Position numbers and translations under genes: made by a program. The notes beneath the pieces were generated by a model. It was not told the DNA's origin. It saw only the letters and a program-made list of their open reading frames with translations, and searched no databases. From Gemmatimonadota bacterium (lineage in GTDB: Bacteria > Gemmatimonadota > Gemmatimonadetes > Longimicrobiales > Gaopeijiaceae): DNA of 64,000 nt. The DNA lies in contig JAJDXG010000045.1 in the NCBI GenBank assembly GCA_022823365.1, positions 30,486-94,485 of the forward strand, given 5' to 3'. Positions within the stretch are counted from its first letter, which is position 1. Every line of letters starts with the position of its first letter. Below, one piece after another: positions 38,698 to 47,336 of this stretch.

Positions 38698-40560
38698 ATG
38701 ATGCAGCCTGGATTCACGACATTCGCCGCGCCCGGCCTTGTCGCCTGGGCTGCCTTGATCTCCGCCTGCGGCGAGCATGCGGCGCGTGAGGGCTTCGAGG
38801 CCGAGGCGGCTTTGTTCGAGGAGGCCTGCGCCGTTTGCCACACACCCGCAGGCGAGGCCCGCACACCCGGTACCATGCTCCTCAGGGGGCTTTCGCCCCG
38901 CGCGATCGTCGCCTCGCTCGAGGACGGCGTGATGCGGGTGGAGGGCGCCGACCTGACACGGGAGCAACGCATCGGGCTGGCCGAGTACCTGACCGGACGC
39001 GCCTACGCGAGCGAGACTCTGCCCGAGTCGGCTCTTTGCGCCGATCACGGTTGGCAGGAGCTGGGCCTCGACGCGATCTCATCGATGGGATGGGGCGGGA
39101 ACCTGGAGGCGACGGGATTCCACCCCGCTGAACTGGCCGGCCTGAGCGCCGATGAGGTGCCGGATCTGGAGCTGCGCTGGGCCTTTGCCTTCCCGGACGC
39201 GGAAGAGGTGCGCACCAGGCCCACGGTCATTGGCGACGCGCTGCTCGTGGGCGGGCCGTTCGGCGAGGTGCTGGCGCTCGACGCGGCCACCGGGTGCGTG
39301 CGCTGGAGCTACGAGGCGGACGCCGCCGTGCGCGGGACGGTGCTGGCGGGAGAGGGGCCCAGGGGCCGGGAGACGGCGTATTTCGTCGACTATCGCACCA
39401 ACGCCTACGCGCTCGACATCGCCACCGGAACCGTCGTTTGGAAGTACAAGGTCGGCTGGCATTCCACCTCGAACACCACGGGGAGCCCCGCCCTTCACGA
39501 CGGCCGGCTCTTCGTCCCCGTCTCATCACTGGAAGTCGCCGTCGCGGGCGACCCCCGCTACGAGTGCTGCACCGCCTCCGGAGCGGTGGCCGCTCTCGAC
39601 GCGATGACGGGCGATGTCCTGTGGTATCACCGGGTCATTCCCGGATACCCGGAGGAAGCCGGAACGAATGAAATCGGAACGCAGCTGTGGGCTCCCTCGG
39701 GCGCGCCGGTCTGGTCCAGCCCCACCGTCGACACGGCACGCGGACTCGTTTACGCGGGGACCGGGGAAAACTATACCCGGCCCACGACCGCGAGCAGCGA
39801 CGCGATCATCGCGATCGACATCGACACCGGAGAGCTGGCGTGGTCGTTCCAGGCGACCCCGGACGACGCCTTCACCATGGCCTGCACGTCGGCCACGAAT
39901 CGGGAGAACTGTCCCGACCCCCCGGGTCCGGACTTCGATTTCGGCATGTCGCCCTTGCTCGTCAAGCGGACCGACGGCAGCGAGATCCTCGTTGCCGGCC
40001 AGAAGTCCGGGGTGGTCTGGGCGCTCGATCCGGATGACGAGGGAGCGGTGCTCTGGTCGACGCGGGTGGGCAAGGGAGGCGTGCTCGGAGGAATTCACTG
40101 GGGCATGGCGACCGACGGCCGATACGCCTTCGCGCCCAACGCGGACCGGGACCTGGTAGTCGTGGACCTGAATCCCGAACTTGCACCGGCCCCCGGGATG
40201 TACGCCCTGGACCTTATCACCGGCGAGGTCGTCTGGAGCGTTCCGGCCGCGGACGACGCGTGCGAGGGCAAGCGAAGATGTTTCGCGGCCTTCTCCGCGG
40301 CACCCGCGGCGATTCCGGGCGTGGTCTTCTCGGGGGGACTTGACGGACACATGCGGGCCTTCGCGGCGGAGGACGGACGGGTCCTGTGGGACTTCGACAC
40401 GACCGAAGTCACAGAGACCTCCAACGGCGTGCGGGGCAGAGGCGGGGCCATCGACGGCCCGGGTCCGGTGATCGCGGGCGGCATGCTGTTCACCCACAGC
40501 GGCTACGCTCCGTTCGGCCAGATGCCCGGCAACCTGCTGCTGGCGTTCGGAGTCAGGTGA
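38698..40560 (+). CDS. PQQ-type beta-propeller dehydrogenase with N-terminal cytochrome c domain (PVA-dehydrogenase-like), lipoprotein
   Basis: Lipobox LISAC and a single CxxCH (CAVCH). Repeated G-x-V-x-W propeller strands follow (GCVRWSY, GTVVWKY, GDVLWYH, GELAWSF, GAVLWST, GEVVWSV, GRVLWDF). Confidence 0.8.
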   Translation: MMQPGFTTFAAPGLVAWAALISACGEHAAREGFEAEAALFEEACAVCHTPAGEARTPGTMLLRGLSPRAIVASLEDGVMRVEGADLTREQRIGLAEYLTGRAYASETLPESALCADHGWQELGLDAISSMGWGGNLEATGFHPAELAGLSADEVPDLELRWAFAFPDAEEVRTRPTVIGDALLVGGPFGEVLALDAATGCVRWSYEADAAVRGTVLAGEGPRGRETAYFVDYRTNAYALDIATGTVVWKYKVGWHSTSNTTGSPALHDGRLFVPVSSLEVAVAGDPRYECCTASGAVAALDAMTGDVLWYHRVIPGYPEEAGTNEIGTQLWAPSGAPVWSSPTVDTARGLVYAGTGENYTRPTTASSDAIIAIDIDTGELAWSFQATPDDAFTMACTSATNRENCPDPPGPDFDFGMSPLLVKRTDGSEILVAGQKSGVVWALDPDDEGAVLWSTRVGKGGVLGGIHWGMATDGRYAFAPNADRDLVVVDLNPELAPAPGMYALDLITGEVVWSVPAADDACEGKRRCFAAFSAAPAAIPGVVFSGGLDGHMRAFAAEDGRVLWDFDTTEVTETSNGVRGRGGAIDGPGPVIAGGMLFTHSGYAPFGQMPGNLLLAFGVR

Positions 40561-40594
40561 CCGGCCCCGCCATGACCGCCACCGGGAGACGGGA

Positions 40595-41437
40595 ATGACT
40601 GCATGCGGAAGGTTGCCCCTGCCGTTGCCGGCGGCCATGGTCTTGCTGATATCGGCCTGCGCCGGCAGCGACGGCATTCCCCGGACGGCGTCCGGCACGC
40701 CCGACATGAACGGCTTGTGGCAGGCCCTCGGCAACGCCCACTGGGACATAGAGCCGCACGCGGCCCGTCCGGCGCTCGCCATGCAGCCCGGCCCGGTGGT
40801 CCCGGTCCCGGCGAACGAGGTCGTCGCTCTGGGCGCCGTCGGATCCGTCCCGCCCGGCTACGGCGTCGTGGAAGGGGGCGAGATCCCCTACCTGCCCGAG
40901 GCGCTGGCGCTGCGCAACGAGAACCGGGAGCGATGGCTCGAGCGCGATCCCGAGATCAGGTGCTACCTCCCGGGCGTGCCGCGCGCCACCTACCTGCCCT
41001 TCCCCTTCCGCATCTTCCAGAGCGAGAGCAGGTTCTTCATCGCCTACGAATACGCGGGCGCCATGCGCGACATCTACCTTGACGACCCGGGACCGCCGCA
41101 GGTGGATTCCTGGATGGGCCAGTCCCACGGCCGCTGGGAGGGCGATACCTTCGTGGTCGAGGTGACCGGTTTCAACGGCCGGACATGGCTGGATCGGGCG
41201 GGGAATCACCATGGACCCGGCCTCAGGGTCACCGAACGCTACACCATGACCGGCCCGGACCACATCCTGTACGAGGCGGAACTCGATGACGCGGAGACGT
41301 TTTCCCGCCCCTGGACCATTCGCATGCCGCTGTACCGCAACATCGACCCGAACGCCCGCCTGGGACAGTTCAAGTGCGTCGAGTTCGTAGAGGAGCTGAT
41401 GTATGGACATCTGCGCAGGAACCCGCTCCCGCGCTAG
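40595..41437 (+). CDS. hypothetical lipoprotein (paralogue A)
   Basis: Lipobox LLISAC. Shares TPDMNGLW, RC, WMGQSHGRWEGDTFVVEVT, ERYT and FSRPW blocks with the next gene. Confidence 0.65.
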   Translation: MTACGRLPLPLPAAMVLLISACAGSDGIPRTASGTPDMNGLWQALGNAHWDIEPHAARPALAMQPGPVVPVPANEVVALGAVGSVPPGYGVVEGGEIPYLPEALALRNENRERWLERDPEIRCYLPGVPRATYLPFPFRIFQSESRFFIAYEYAGAMRDIYLDDPGPPQVDSWMGQSHGRWEGDTFVVEVTGFNGRTWLDRAGNHHGPGLRVTERYTMTGPDHILYEAELDDAETFSRPWTIRMPLYRNIDPNARLGQFKCVEFVEELMYGHLRRNPLPR

Positions 41438-41453
41438 AACGGGACACGGCCTG

Positions 41454-42497
41454 ATGGTGCCGATCGCGATGCTGGCCCTGTCGTTCGGCCCGTCTCTGTT
41501 CGCCTCTTCCCTGAGCGCCCAGCAGCCCGAGCGCCCGTCGACGAACTGGACGATGCCGCGCACGCCCGCCGGACACCCCGACCTGCAGGGCAACTGGACC
41601 AACGCCACGGTCACGCCGATCCAGCGCCCCGAGGGACAGGGGCCGGTCTTCACCCGGGAGGAAGTGGTGCGGATCGAAGGGCGCGTCGTCGAGTCGCGGA
41701 CGGAAGCCTACGCCGACAGCGACCCCAACCGGGAAGCCCCGCCCGTCGGAGGAGTCTTCACGGGCGACGCCCGCTTCGACGCCGCGACGGGAGGCACGGG
41801 TGGATACAACGCCTTCTATATCGACGCCGGCGAGCGCGTCGCGATCTTCAACGGCGAACCAAGAACTTCCCTGATCGTCGATCCGCCCGACGGACGAGTC
41901 CCCGAGCTGAGCGAAGAGGGCCGCGAGCGCGTCACGGAGCGCCGGCGGCTGGCTCAACGGTTCGGCGCCTACGACAACCCGGAGAATCGGCCGCTCGGCG
42001 AGCGCTGCATCATGTCGTTCGGCTCGAACGCCGGACCGCCGATGCTCCCGAACTACTTCTACAACAACAACTACACGATCGTGCAGACGCCGGACCACGT
42101 GATGATCATGACCGAGATGGTCCACGATGTGCGCGTGATACGGCTCGGGGAGCCGCGCCGGCTGCCCGCGCATGTCCGCCCGTGGATGGGCGATTCGTGG
42201 GGCCGCTGGGAGGGAGACACCCTTGTCGTTGAGACGACGAACCTCCACCCCGACCAGACCCTGCAGGGCATCCCGCCCTCCGCGGAGATGAAGGTCGTCG
42301 AGCGCTTCACGCTGGCGGGCGAGCACACGATCAACTACGAATTCACCGTCGATGATCCGCGCATGTTCTCCCGGACCTGGAGCGGCGAAGTACCGTTCAC
42401 GCGGCTCGACGGGCTCGTCTACGAATACGCCTGCCACGAGGGCAACTACTCGCTCGAGAACGTGCTTCGCGGCGCGCGGGCGCAGGAACGGAGGTAG
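41454..42497 (+). CDS. hypothetical secreted protein (paralogue B)
   Basis: ORF 41403..42497, with the start moved to ATG 41454, after the upstream stop at 41437. Has a signal peptide plus HPDLQGNW, ERC, WMGDSWGRWEGDTLVVETT, ERFT and FSRTW blocks. Confidence 0.65.
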   Translation: MVPIAMLALSFGPSLFASSLSAQQPERPSTNWTMPRTPAGHPDLQGNWTNATVTPIQRPEGQGPVFTREEVVRIEGRVVESRTEAYADSDPNREAPPVGGVFTGDARFDAATGGTGGYNAFYIDAGERVAIFNGEPRTSLIVDPPDGRVPELSEEGRERVTERRRLAQRFGAYDNPENRPLGERCIMSFGSNAGPPMLPNYFYNNNYTIVQTPDHVMIMTEMVHDVRVIRLGEPRRLPAHVRPWMGDSWGRWEGDTLVVETTNLHPDQTLQGIPPSAEMKVVERFTLAGEHTINYEFTVDDPRMFSRTWSGEVPFTRLDGLVYEYACHEGNYSLENVLRGARAQERR

Positions 42498-42501
42498 TGA
42501 G

Positions 42502-42978
42502 ATGCGCGGGATGAATGGATCGCCGCTCGGGGCAGTGGTCGTCGCACTGGGAGCGGTGGTCGTCACGCTGGCGGCAGTGGTCGTGGCGCCGCTGGTGGCC
42601 CACCATGCCTTCGGCGCCGAATTCGACCGCAACGCGCCGATCAGGCTGCAGGGCCGGATCGTGAGGCTGGAGTGGGTGAACCCGCACACCTGGATTCACC
42701 TGGAGATCGAGAACGAGGACGGAGCCTCCGAAGTCTGGGCGGTGGAGGGAGGAACCCCCAACGTGCTGCTCAGACGGGGGCTGCGCAGGGACTGCCTGCA
42801 GCCGGGCACCGAGATTATCGTGGACGGCTACCAGGCCAAGGATCACTCCCTCAGGCGCGCAAACGGTCGCGACGTGACCTTCACCGACGGCAGCAAGATC
42901 TTCCTGGGTTCGTCGGGGACGGGCGCGCCGTACGATGAGGACCTGATCAGGGCCCGGCGCGAACGGGGGCGGTGTTAG
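42502..42978 (+). CDS. small secreted protein, DUF6152-like (family number from memory)
   Basis: ORF 42352..42978, with the start moved to ATG 42502, 4 nt after the previous stop. One TM/signal segment, then HHAFGAEFD..IRLQGRIVRLEWVNPHTWIHLEI..WAVEGG. Confidence 0.6.
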   Translation: MRGMNGSPLGAVVVALGAVVVTLAAVVVAPLVAHHAFGAEFDRNAPIRLQGRIVRLEWVNPHTWIHLEIENEDGASEVWAVEGGTPNVLLRRGLRRDCLQPGTEIIVDGYQAKDHSLRRANGRDVTFTDGSKIFLGSSGTGAPYDEDLIRARRERGRC

Positions 42979-43006
42979 CGCCGATCCGTCCGCGCTGGAT
43001 CCCCAT

Positions 43007-43477
43007 CTACGAAAACCCGATCCACCTCCCCGCCGCCGCCACGGTTAACCACAGGGCCAGCGAGACCGCGCCGACGATGCGGCCGGTCGCGCCGGGTGGG
43101 TCCGCGTCCCGACGCGCCACCCGCTCCCGCACCAGGAAGGTGAAGGTCAACGCCACCGGCAGCGTGCACACCTTCACCCAGAACGAAGTGTTGTAGTAGG
43201 CCCGTATCGCCTCGGACAGGAAGAGCGGCACGCCGGTGGCAGCCATGAGCACCAGGCTGCCGACCAGCCACGGACGCGCGTTGCGCGCGAGCCGGGCCAC
43301 CGGCTGGGAGGTGAGGCCCAGGCCGAGCAGCCGGAGGTCCACGACCAGCAAGGCGCCCCCGAGCACGCAGAGCCCCAGTAGGTGCACCGCTTCGATGACG
43401 GGGAATGCCCACACCGATTCGGCGACCGCCCGGCCGAGCGCCGTCGACTCGCACCAGCGGAAGAACGGCTCGAGCAC
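43007..43477 (-). CDS. hypothetical 4-TM membrane protein (paralogue 2)
   Basis: WAFPVIEAVHLLGLCVLGGALLVVDLRLLG, VLMAATG and GAVSLALW..AAGRWI. Clearly paralogous to the upstream gene. Confidence 0.6.
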   Translation of the reverse strand: MLEPFFRWCESTALGRAVAESVWAFPVIEAVHLLGLCVLGGALLVVDLRLLGLGLTSQPVARLARNARPWLVGSLVLMAATGVPLFLSEAIRAYYNTSFWVKVCTLPVALTFTFLVRERVARRDADPPGATGRIVGAVSLALWLTVAAAGRWIGFS

Positions 43478-43483
43478 GGCCGT

Positions 43484-44050
43484 CTACTCCGCCCCTGCGG
43501 CGCCTGCGCCACACCCCGCCAGCCGGTTCACCCACCCAGGCTGCGGCTGAAGGTCGCAGTCGAACCAGTTGTAGGCGATCAGGCGACCGGCGATCACGAC
43601 GACCGCCCAGGCCGTGAGCGACACCGCGCCGGCGATCCGCGCTGAGCGCGGGGGCGTTGCGTCCTCGTCCCAGTCGCCCGCGCTGCGGTGCACGCCGGCG
43701 TGGAAGATCGCCGCGTTGGCGCCGGCCAGCATCAGCACGACGACCTTCGCCCGGAAGAAGATGTTGTGGTAGTAGCGGAGCGGCTGCGAATAGAAGAGAA
43801 GGAGGCCCGTCGCGGCCATGACGGCGAAGCCGATCCGCGTCCACGGAAGCAGCCGCCCGGTGAACGCCGTAACGGGCACGTTGCGGAAAGCGGTGCCGGT
43901 GAGGCGCAGGTCCATCATGACGGTGGTGCCGACGAAGAGGCCGAGCGTGAGGACGTGGGTCGATTCCACCAGAGGCCACACGTACAGCGACTCCAGCAGA
44001 GCCACGCTCCAGGACGTCTCGCCGAGCCAGCCCAGGAAGCGTTCGATCAC
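43484..44050 (-). CDS. hypothetical 4-TM membrane protein (paralogue 1)
   Basis: ORF 43484..44125; I chose the GTG start at 44050, after the upstream stop at 44064. YVWPLVESTHVLTLGLFVGTTVMMDLRLTG, VMAATG and GAVSLTAW..IAGRLI. Confidence 0.6.
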   Translation of the reverse strand: MIERFLGWLGETSWSVALLESLYVWPLVESTHVLTLGLFVGTTVMMDLRLTGTAFRNVPVTAFTGRLLPWTRIGFAVMAATGLLLFYSQPLRYYHNIFFRAKVVVLMLAGANAAIFHAGVHRSAGDWDEDATPPRSARIAGAVSLTAWAVVVIAGRLIAYNWFDCDLQPQPGWVNRLAGCGAGAAGAE

Positions 44051-44063
44051 GGGGCGCGCCGGA

Positions 44064-44549
44064 TCACGGGACTTCCGGGTCCGCGTTGTAGGAGGGGCGC
44101 AGGGTCTCCGCGGCGTAGACGGCATGGCATCCGGTGCAGACGAGATACACCTCGCCGCCCACCTCGAAGACGGCGTCGGAATCGCGGGCTCGGGCTGCCT
44201 CGACCGCGCGTCTTCCGATCTCGATCATCGCACGCGACATCGCCCTCCAGTGGTCCCGGCCCCGGGCGCGATCCTCAAGCAACAGGAGGTTGCCGGACTC
44301 CGCCAGCACGAAGGCCGCGTTCTCGACAGCCTCCCATTCCCCGGCGGTAAGGGGCTCGATGTGGTGCGTGCCCTCCTCGTCCATGATCACGCCCACGGCA
44401 TCCCAGTACACTTCCGCCGCCGGCTCGATGACCGACAGCATGAGCTGGCGCGAATCGGCCACCGCGGCGAACGGAGGTGGCTCGGGCGCGTCGGTACAGC
44501 CGGGCAGGGCGAGCAGGGTCAGGGCGATGATCGGGCCGGGCTTCCTCAT
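44064..44549 (-). CDS. class II (cytochrome c'-like) four-helix c-type cytochrome lipoprotein
   Basis: ORF 44064..44984, with the start moved to ATG 44549 (MRKPGPIIALTLLALPGC lipobox). About 160 aa, helical, with a single CxxCH (CTGCH) about 20 residues from the C-terminus, as in class II cytochromes c. Confidence 0.6.
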   Translation of the reverse strand: MRKPGPIIALTLLALPGCTDAPEPPPFAAVADSRQLMLSVIEPAAEVYWDAVGVIMDEEGTHHIEPLTAGEWEAVENAAFVLAESGNLLLLEDRARGRDHWRAMSRAMIEIGRRAVEAARARDSDAVFEVGGEVYLVCTGCHAVYAAETLRPSYNADPEVP

Positions 44550-44664
44550 GGCCCGCAAAGTTGCCCGGGCGGCACGGTCGCGAAAGGGGATCGTCACGGC
44601 CATGTTGTCCCGCATGGCATCCCGCCCGCCCGGGACCCACACCGACACCGAACCGGAAACCCGC

Positions 44665-45942
44665 ATGAAGCTCACGCCGAACAACACGCCGCGCGCCGCG
44701 CCGCGTTCCCTCTCCATCGCTCTGCTCCTCGCGCTGGCCGGCACCGTCCCGGCCCCGTCCGCCGGATCCGGCCAACAGTGGACCACCGCCGAGCCCGAAG
44801 AGGTCGGCATGTCCGGCGAGGTGCTCGCCCGCATCCCGCCAACCATGCAGCGGTTGATCGACGGCGTCGGGACGGCGGGAATCATGACCCTGGTGTCCCG
44901 CAGGGGTGAGATCGTGCACTGGCACGCCCAGGGTTGGCGCATCCGCGGCGAGGACCGCCTTGAGCCCGACGACATCTTCCGCATCTACTCCATGACCAAG
45001 CCCGTCACGAGCGTCGCGGCGATGATCCTCGTCGAGGACGGCCTTCTGGCGCTGGACGACGAACTCGGGAGCGTCCTCCCGGGCTTCGCCGACGTCCGGG
45101 TCTACGAGAACGGAGGAAGCCGGCCGCCCAGCCGGCCCATCCTCATCCGCGATCTGCTCCTGCACACGTCGGGGCTCACCTACGGTTTCTTCGGCGACAG
45201 CCCCGTCGACTCGATGTACAACCGCGAGCTGAACGCGCTCCCCGAAGGCCCGGGCGGCGACCTGGAAGAAAGGGTCGCCACCATCGCGTCGCTGCCCCTG
45301 ATCGACGATCCCGGCGCGCGCTGGAACTACAGCGTGTCCACGGACGTGCTCGGCCGCGTCGTGGAGGTGGTATCGGGCCAGCCCCTGAACGACTTCTTCC
45401 GCGAGCGCATCTTCGAGCCGCTGGGCATGGACGACACCGGGTTTCGCGTGCCGGCCGCCAAGCGCGATCGCTTAGCCGCGATGTACCTCCGCAGCGGCGA
45501 CGGCCTCAGCCCGGCGGGGATTCCCGCCGACGGCCCCTTCACCCGTCCCCCGACCTGGCTCTCCGGCGGCGGCGGCCTGGTTTCGACGGCCGGCGACTAC
45601 CTCCGCTTCTGCCGAATGCTGCTGGGCGAGGGTGAACTCGACGGCGTGAGGCTCCTGCGGCCCGAGACGGTCCGCCTCATGACCGCCAACCACCTGCCCG
45701 ACGAGATGATTCCCATCCTGCCCGGACTGGACGACCAGGGGTTCGGCCTGGGCTTCGCCGTCTCGGTCGGAGTGAACGCGGGAAGCTACTGGTGGTCGGG
45801 CATTGCCAACACGTATTTCTGGGTGGATCCCCGCGAGGAGATCGTCGCAATGGCGTGGACGCAGCTTCAGCCCTACGGCGCGGTGCCGCTCGACCGCCTT
45901 CTGAGACCACTCGTGTACGAGGCCATCATCGAGCGGAACTGA
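44665..45942 (+). CDS. serine hydrolase, beta-lactamase/esterase family (class C-like)
   Basis: ORF 44134..45942, with the start moved to ATG 44665. Has a signal peptide, the S-x-x-K motif (YSMTKPV) and LLHTSGLTY. Confidence 0.85.
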   Translation: MKLTPNNTPRAAPRSLSIALLLALAGTVPAPSAGSGQQWTTAEPEEVGMSGEVLARIPPTMQRLIDGVGTAGIMTLVSRRGEIVHWHAQGWRIRGEDRLEPDDIFRIYSMTKPVTSVAAMILVEDGLLALDDELGSVLPGFADVRVYENGGSRPPSRPILIRDLLLHTSGLTYGFFGDSPVDSMYNRELNALPEGPGGDLEERVATIASLPLIDDPGARWNYSVSTDVLGRVVEVVSGQPLNDFFRERIFEPLGMDDTGFRVPAAKRDRLAAMYLRSGDGLSPAGIPADGPFTRPPTWLSGGGGLVSTAGDYLRFCRMLLGEGELDGVRLLRPETVRLMTANHLPDEMIPILPGLDDQGFGLGFAVSVGVNAGSYWWSGIANTYFWVDPREEIVAMAWTQLQPYGAVPLDRLLRPLVYEAIIERN

Positions 45943-45963
45943 CGAAGGCGGGCGGGCGCCGCG

Positions 45964-46512
45964 CTAGTTCCCGAACACGATCTCCGCCTGGGCCCCGACT
46001 GCGATCTCCATCTCCGCGAACCAGCCCTGCGGCACCTCCAGCGCGAACATCGCCGGGCCGGAGGACGTGTGCAGGCGGGTGGTCTCGGGCTCCATCTGCT
46101 GGATGTCGATGATGCGGGCGTTCGCATCCAGATAGGCGATGTCGAGCGGGATGAAGGTGTCCTGCATCCAGAAGGACCGGACCTCCTCGGTGTCGAACAC
46201 GAAGATCATTCCGGCGCCAGGTGCGAGAAAGTCGCGGTCCTTGAGCCCCTGGCTGCGTTGATCCGGCGTGCGCGCGATCTCGGCGACCACCGTGTCCGCA
46301 CCGAAGATCACCCAGGCAAGGTCGCGGCCGGGCCCTGCCGGCATGACTGCCTCGGACGCCTCGGGCCCGGACTGCGCATCGCCCTCGGACCCGTTCGAGC
46401 GACAGCCCTGGAGCGGCAGCGCCAGGAGAAGGGGAAGGAGAAGCAGGTGGCCGGGACGCGGCGACCGACTCCGGCGCCGGCCGCGAACTGGAGCATGAAC
46501 GGAAAAAAGCAT
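45964..46512 (-). CDS. DUF192 domain lipoprotein
   Basis: ORF 45964..47022, with the start moved to ATG 46512. Lipobox LQGC. GLKDRDFLAPGAGMIFVF, FWMQDTFIPLDIAY and FALEVPQGW are DUF192 hallmarks. Confidence 0.8.
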   Translation of the reverse strand: MLFSVHAPVRGRRRSRSPRPGHLLLLPLLLALPLQGCRSNGSEGDAQSGPEASEAVMPAGPGRDLAWVIFGADTVVAEIARTPDQRSQGLKDRDFLAPGAGMIFVFDTEEVRSFWMQDTFIPLDIAYLDANARIIDIQQMEPETTRLHTSSGPAMFALEVPQGWFAEMEIAVGAQAEIVFGN

Positions 46513-46686
46513 CGATTGCCTGCCGAAAATGGGAGGATCGTCGTATCCGGACCGCGCGGGCGTCTCGCCCTCCGAGCGAGCGACGGTGAGCGGGCGTTTC
46601 CATCGATTCGCCTGCCATGATAACTTACGGGCGTCTCCGGGGAAGGGTCCCGATCTCCCGAAACCGCGACGGAACTCAGGAAGCGC

Positions 46687-46941
46687 ATGCTCGACCCGGA
46701 ACTCCTCGACATCCTCGTCTGCCCGGAAACGCGCACCCCGCTGCGCATGGCCGGCGACGATCTGCTGAGGGCGCTCAACCGGGCCATCGAAGGGGGCACC
46801 GTACCCAACCGGGGCGGCGAACTCCTGACCGATCCGGTCACGGCGGGGCTGGTCCGGGAGGACGGCGCCGTTCTCTATCCCATACGCGACGGCATCCCCA
46901 TCATGCTCATCGACGAGGCCGTCGCCGTCGACAACCTTTGA
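46687..46941 (+). CDS. Trm112-family (DUF343) small protein
   Basis: LLDILVCPETRTPL and YPIRDGIPIMLIDEA are characteristic of the family. Confidence 0.8.
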   Translation: MLDPELLDILVCPETRTPLRMAGDDLLRALNRAIEGGTVPNRGGELLTDPVTAGLVREDGAVLYPIRDGIPIMLIDEAVAVDNL

Positions 46942-46990
46942 CGCACCCGTCGCGCTCCTGCCGGCGCGCCCAGAGAAACCGGACCAGCTC

Positions 46991-47194
46991 ATGTCCCTGA
47001 TCGGGTTCCACCGCTTTCTCATCTACTCGGGCATCATCTTCTGCCTGGCCTTCTCGGGCTACGAGTTCGTTCAGTATTCCCGCTCGTCCTCCCTCGGAGA
47101 TCTCCTTCTCGGGATCGTCTTCCTGACGCTTGGCATCCTGCTCGCCTACTACCTGTCGCGGCTGGCGGACTTTCTCGCGGGCAAGGGACGATAA
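46991..47194 (+). CDS. small 2-TM membrane protein
   Basis: 67 aa with two hydrophobic helices. Codon usage is less GC-biased than the surrounding genes. No family recognised. Confidence 0.4.
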   Translation: MSLIGFHRFLIYSGIIFCLAFSGYEFVQYSRSSSLGDLLLGIVFLTLGILLAYYLSRLADFLAGKGR

Positions 47195-47336
47195 CGCCGT
47201 CATCCAGCTCCCTGCCGGGAGCCTTACGCGCGAGGCAGTCGTCTCGCGGACGGCCCGTGACCTGCGTACTCTTCAGGAAAGCCGGTCACGCCGCTGCCGT
47301 CCGGCAACTTCAGGGAATCCAGGGGAGGAACGACCG

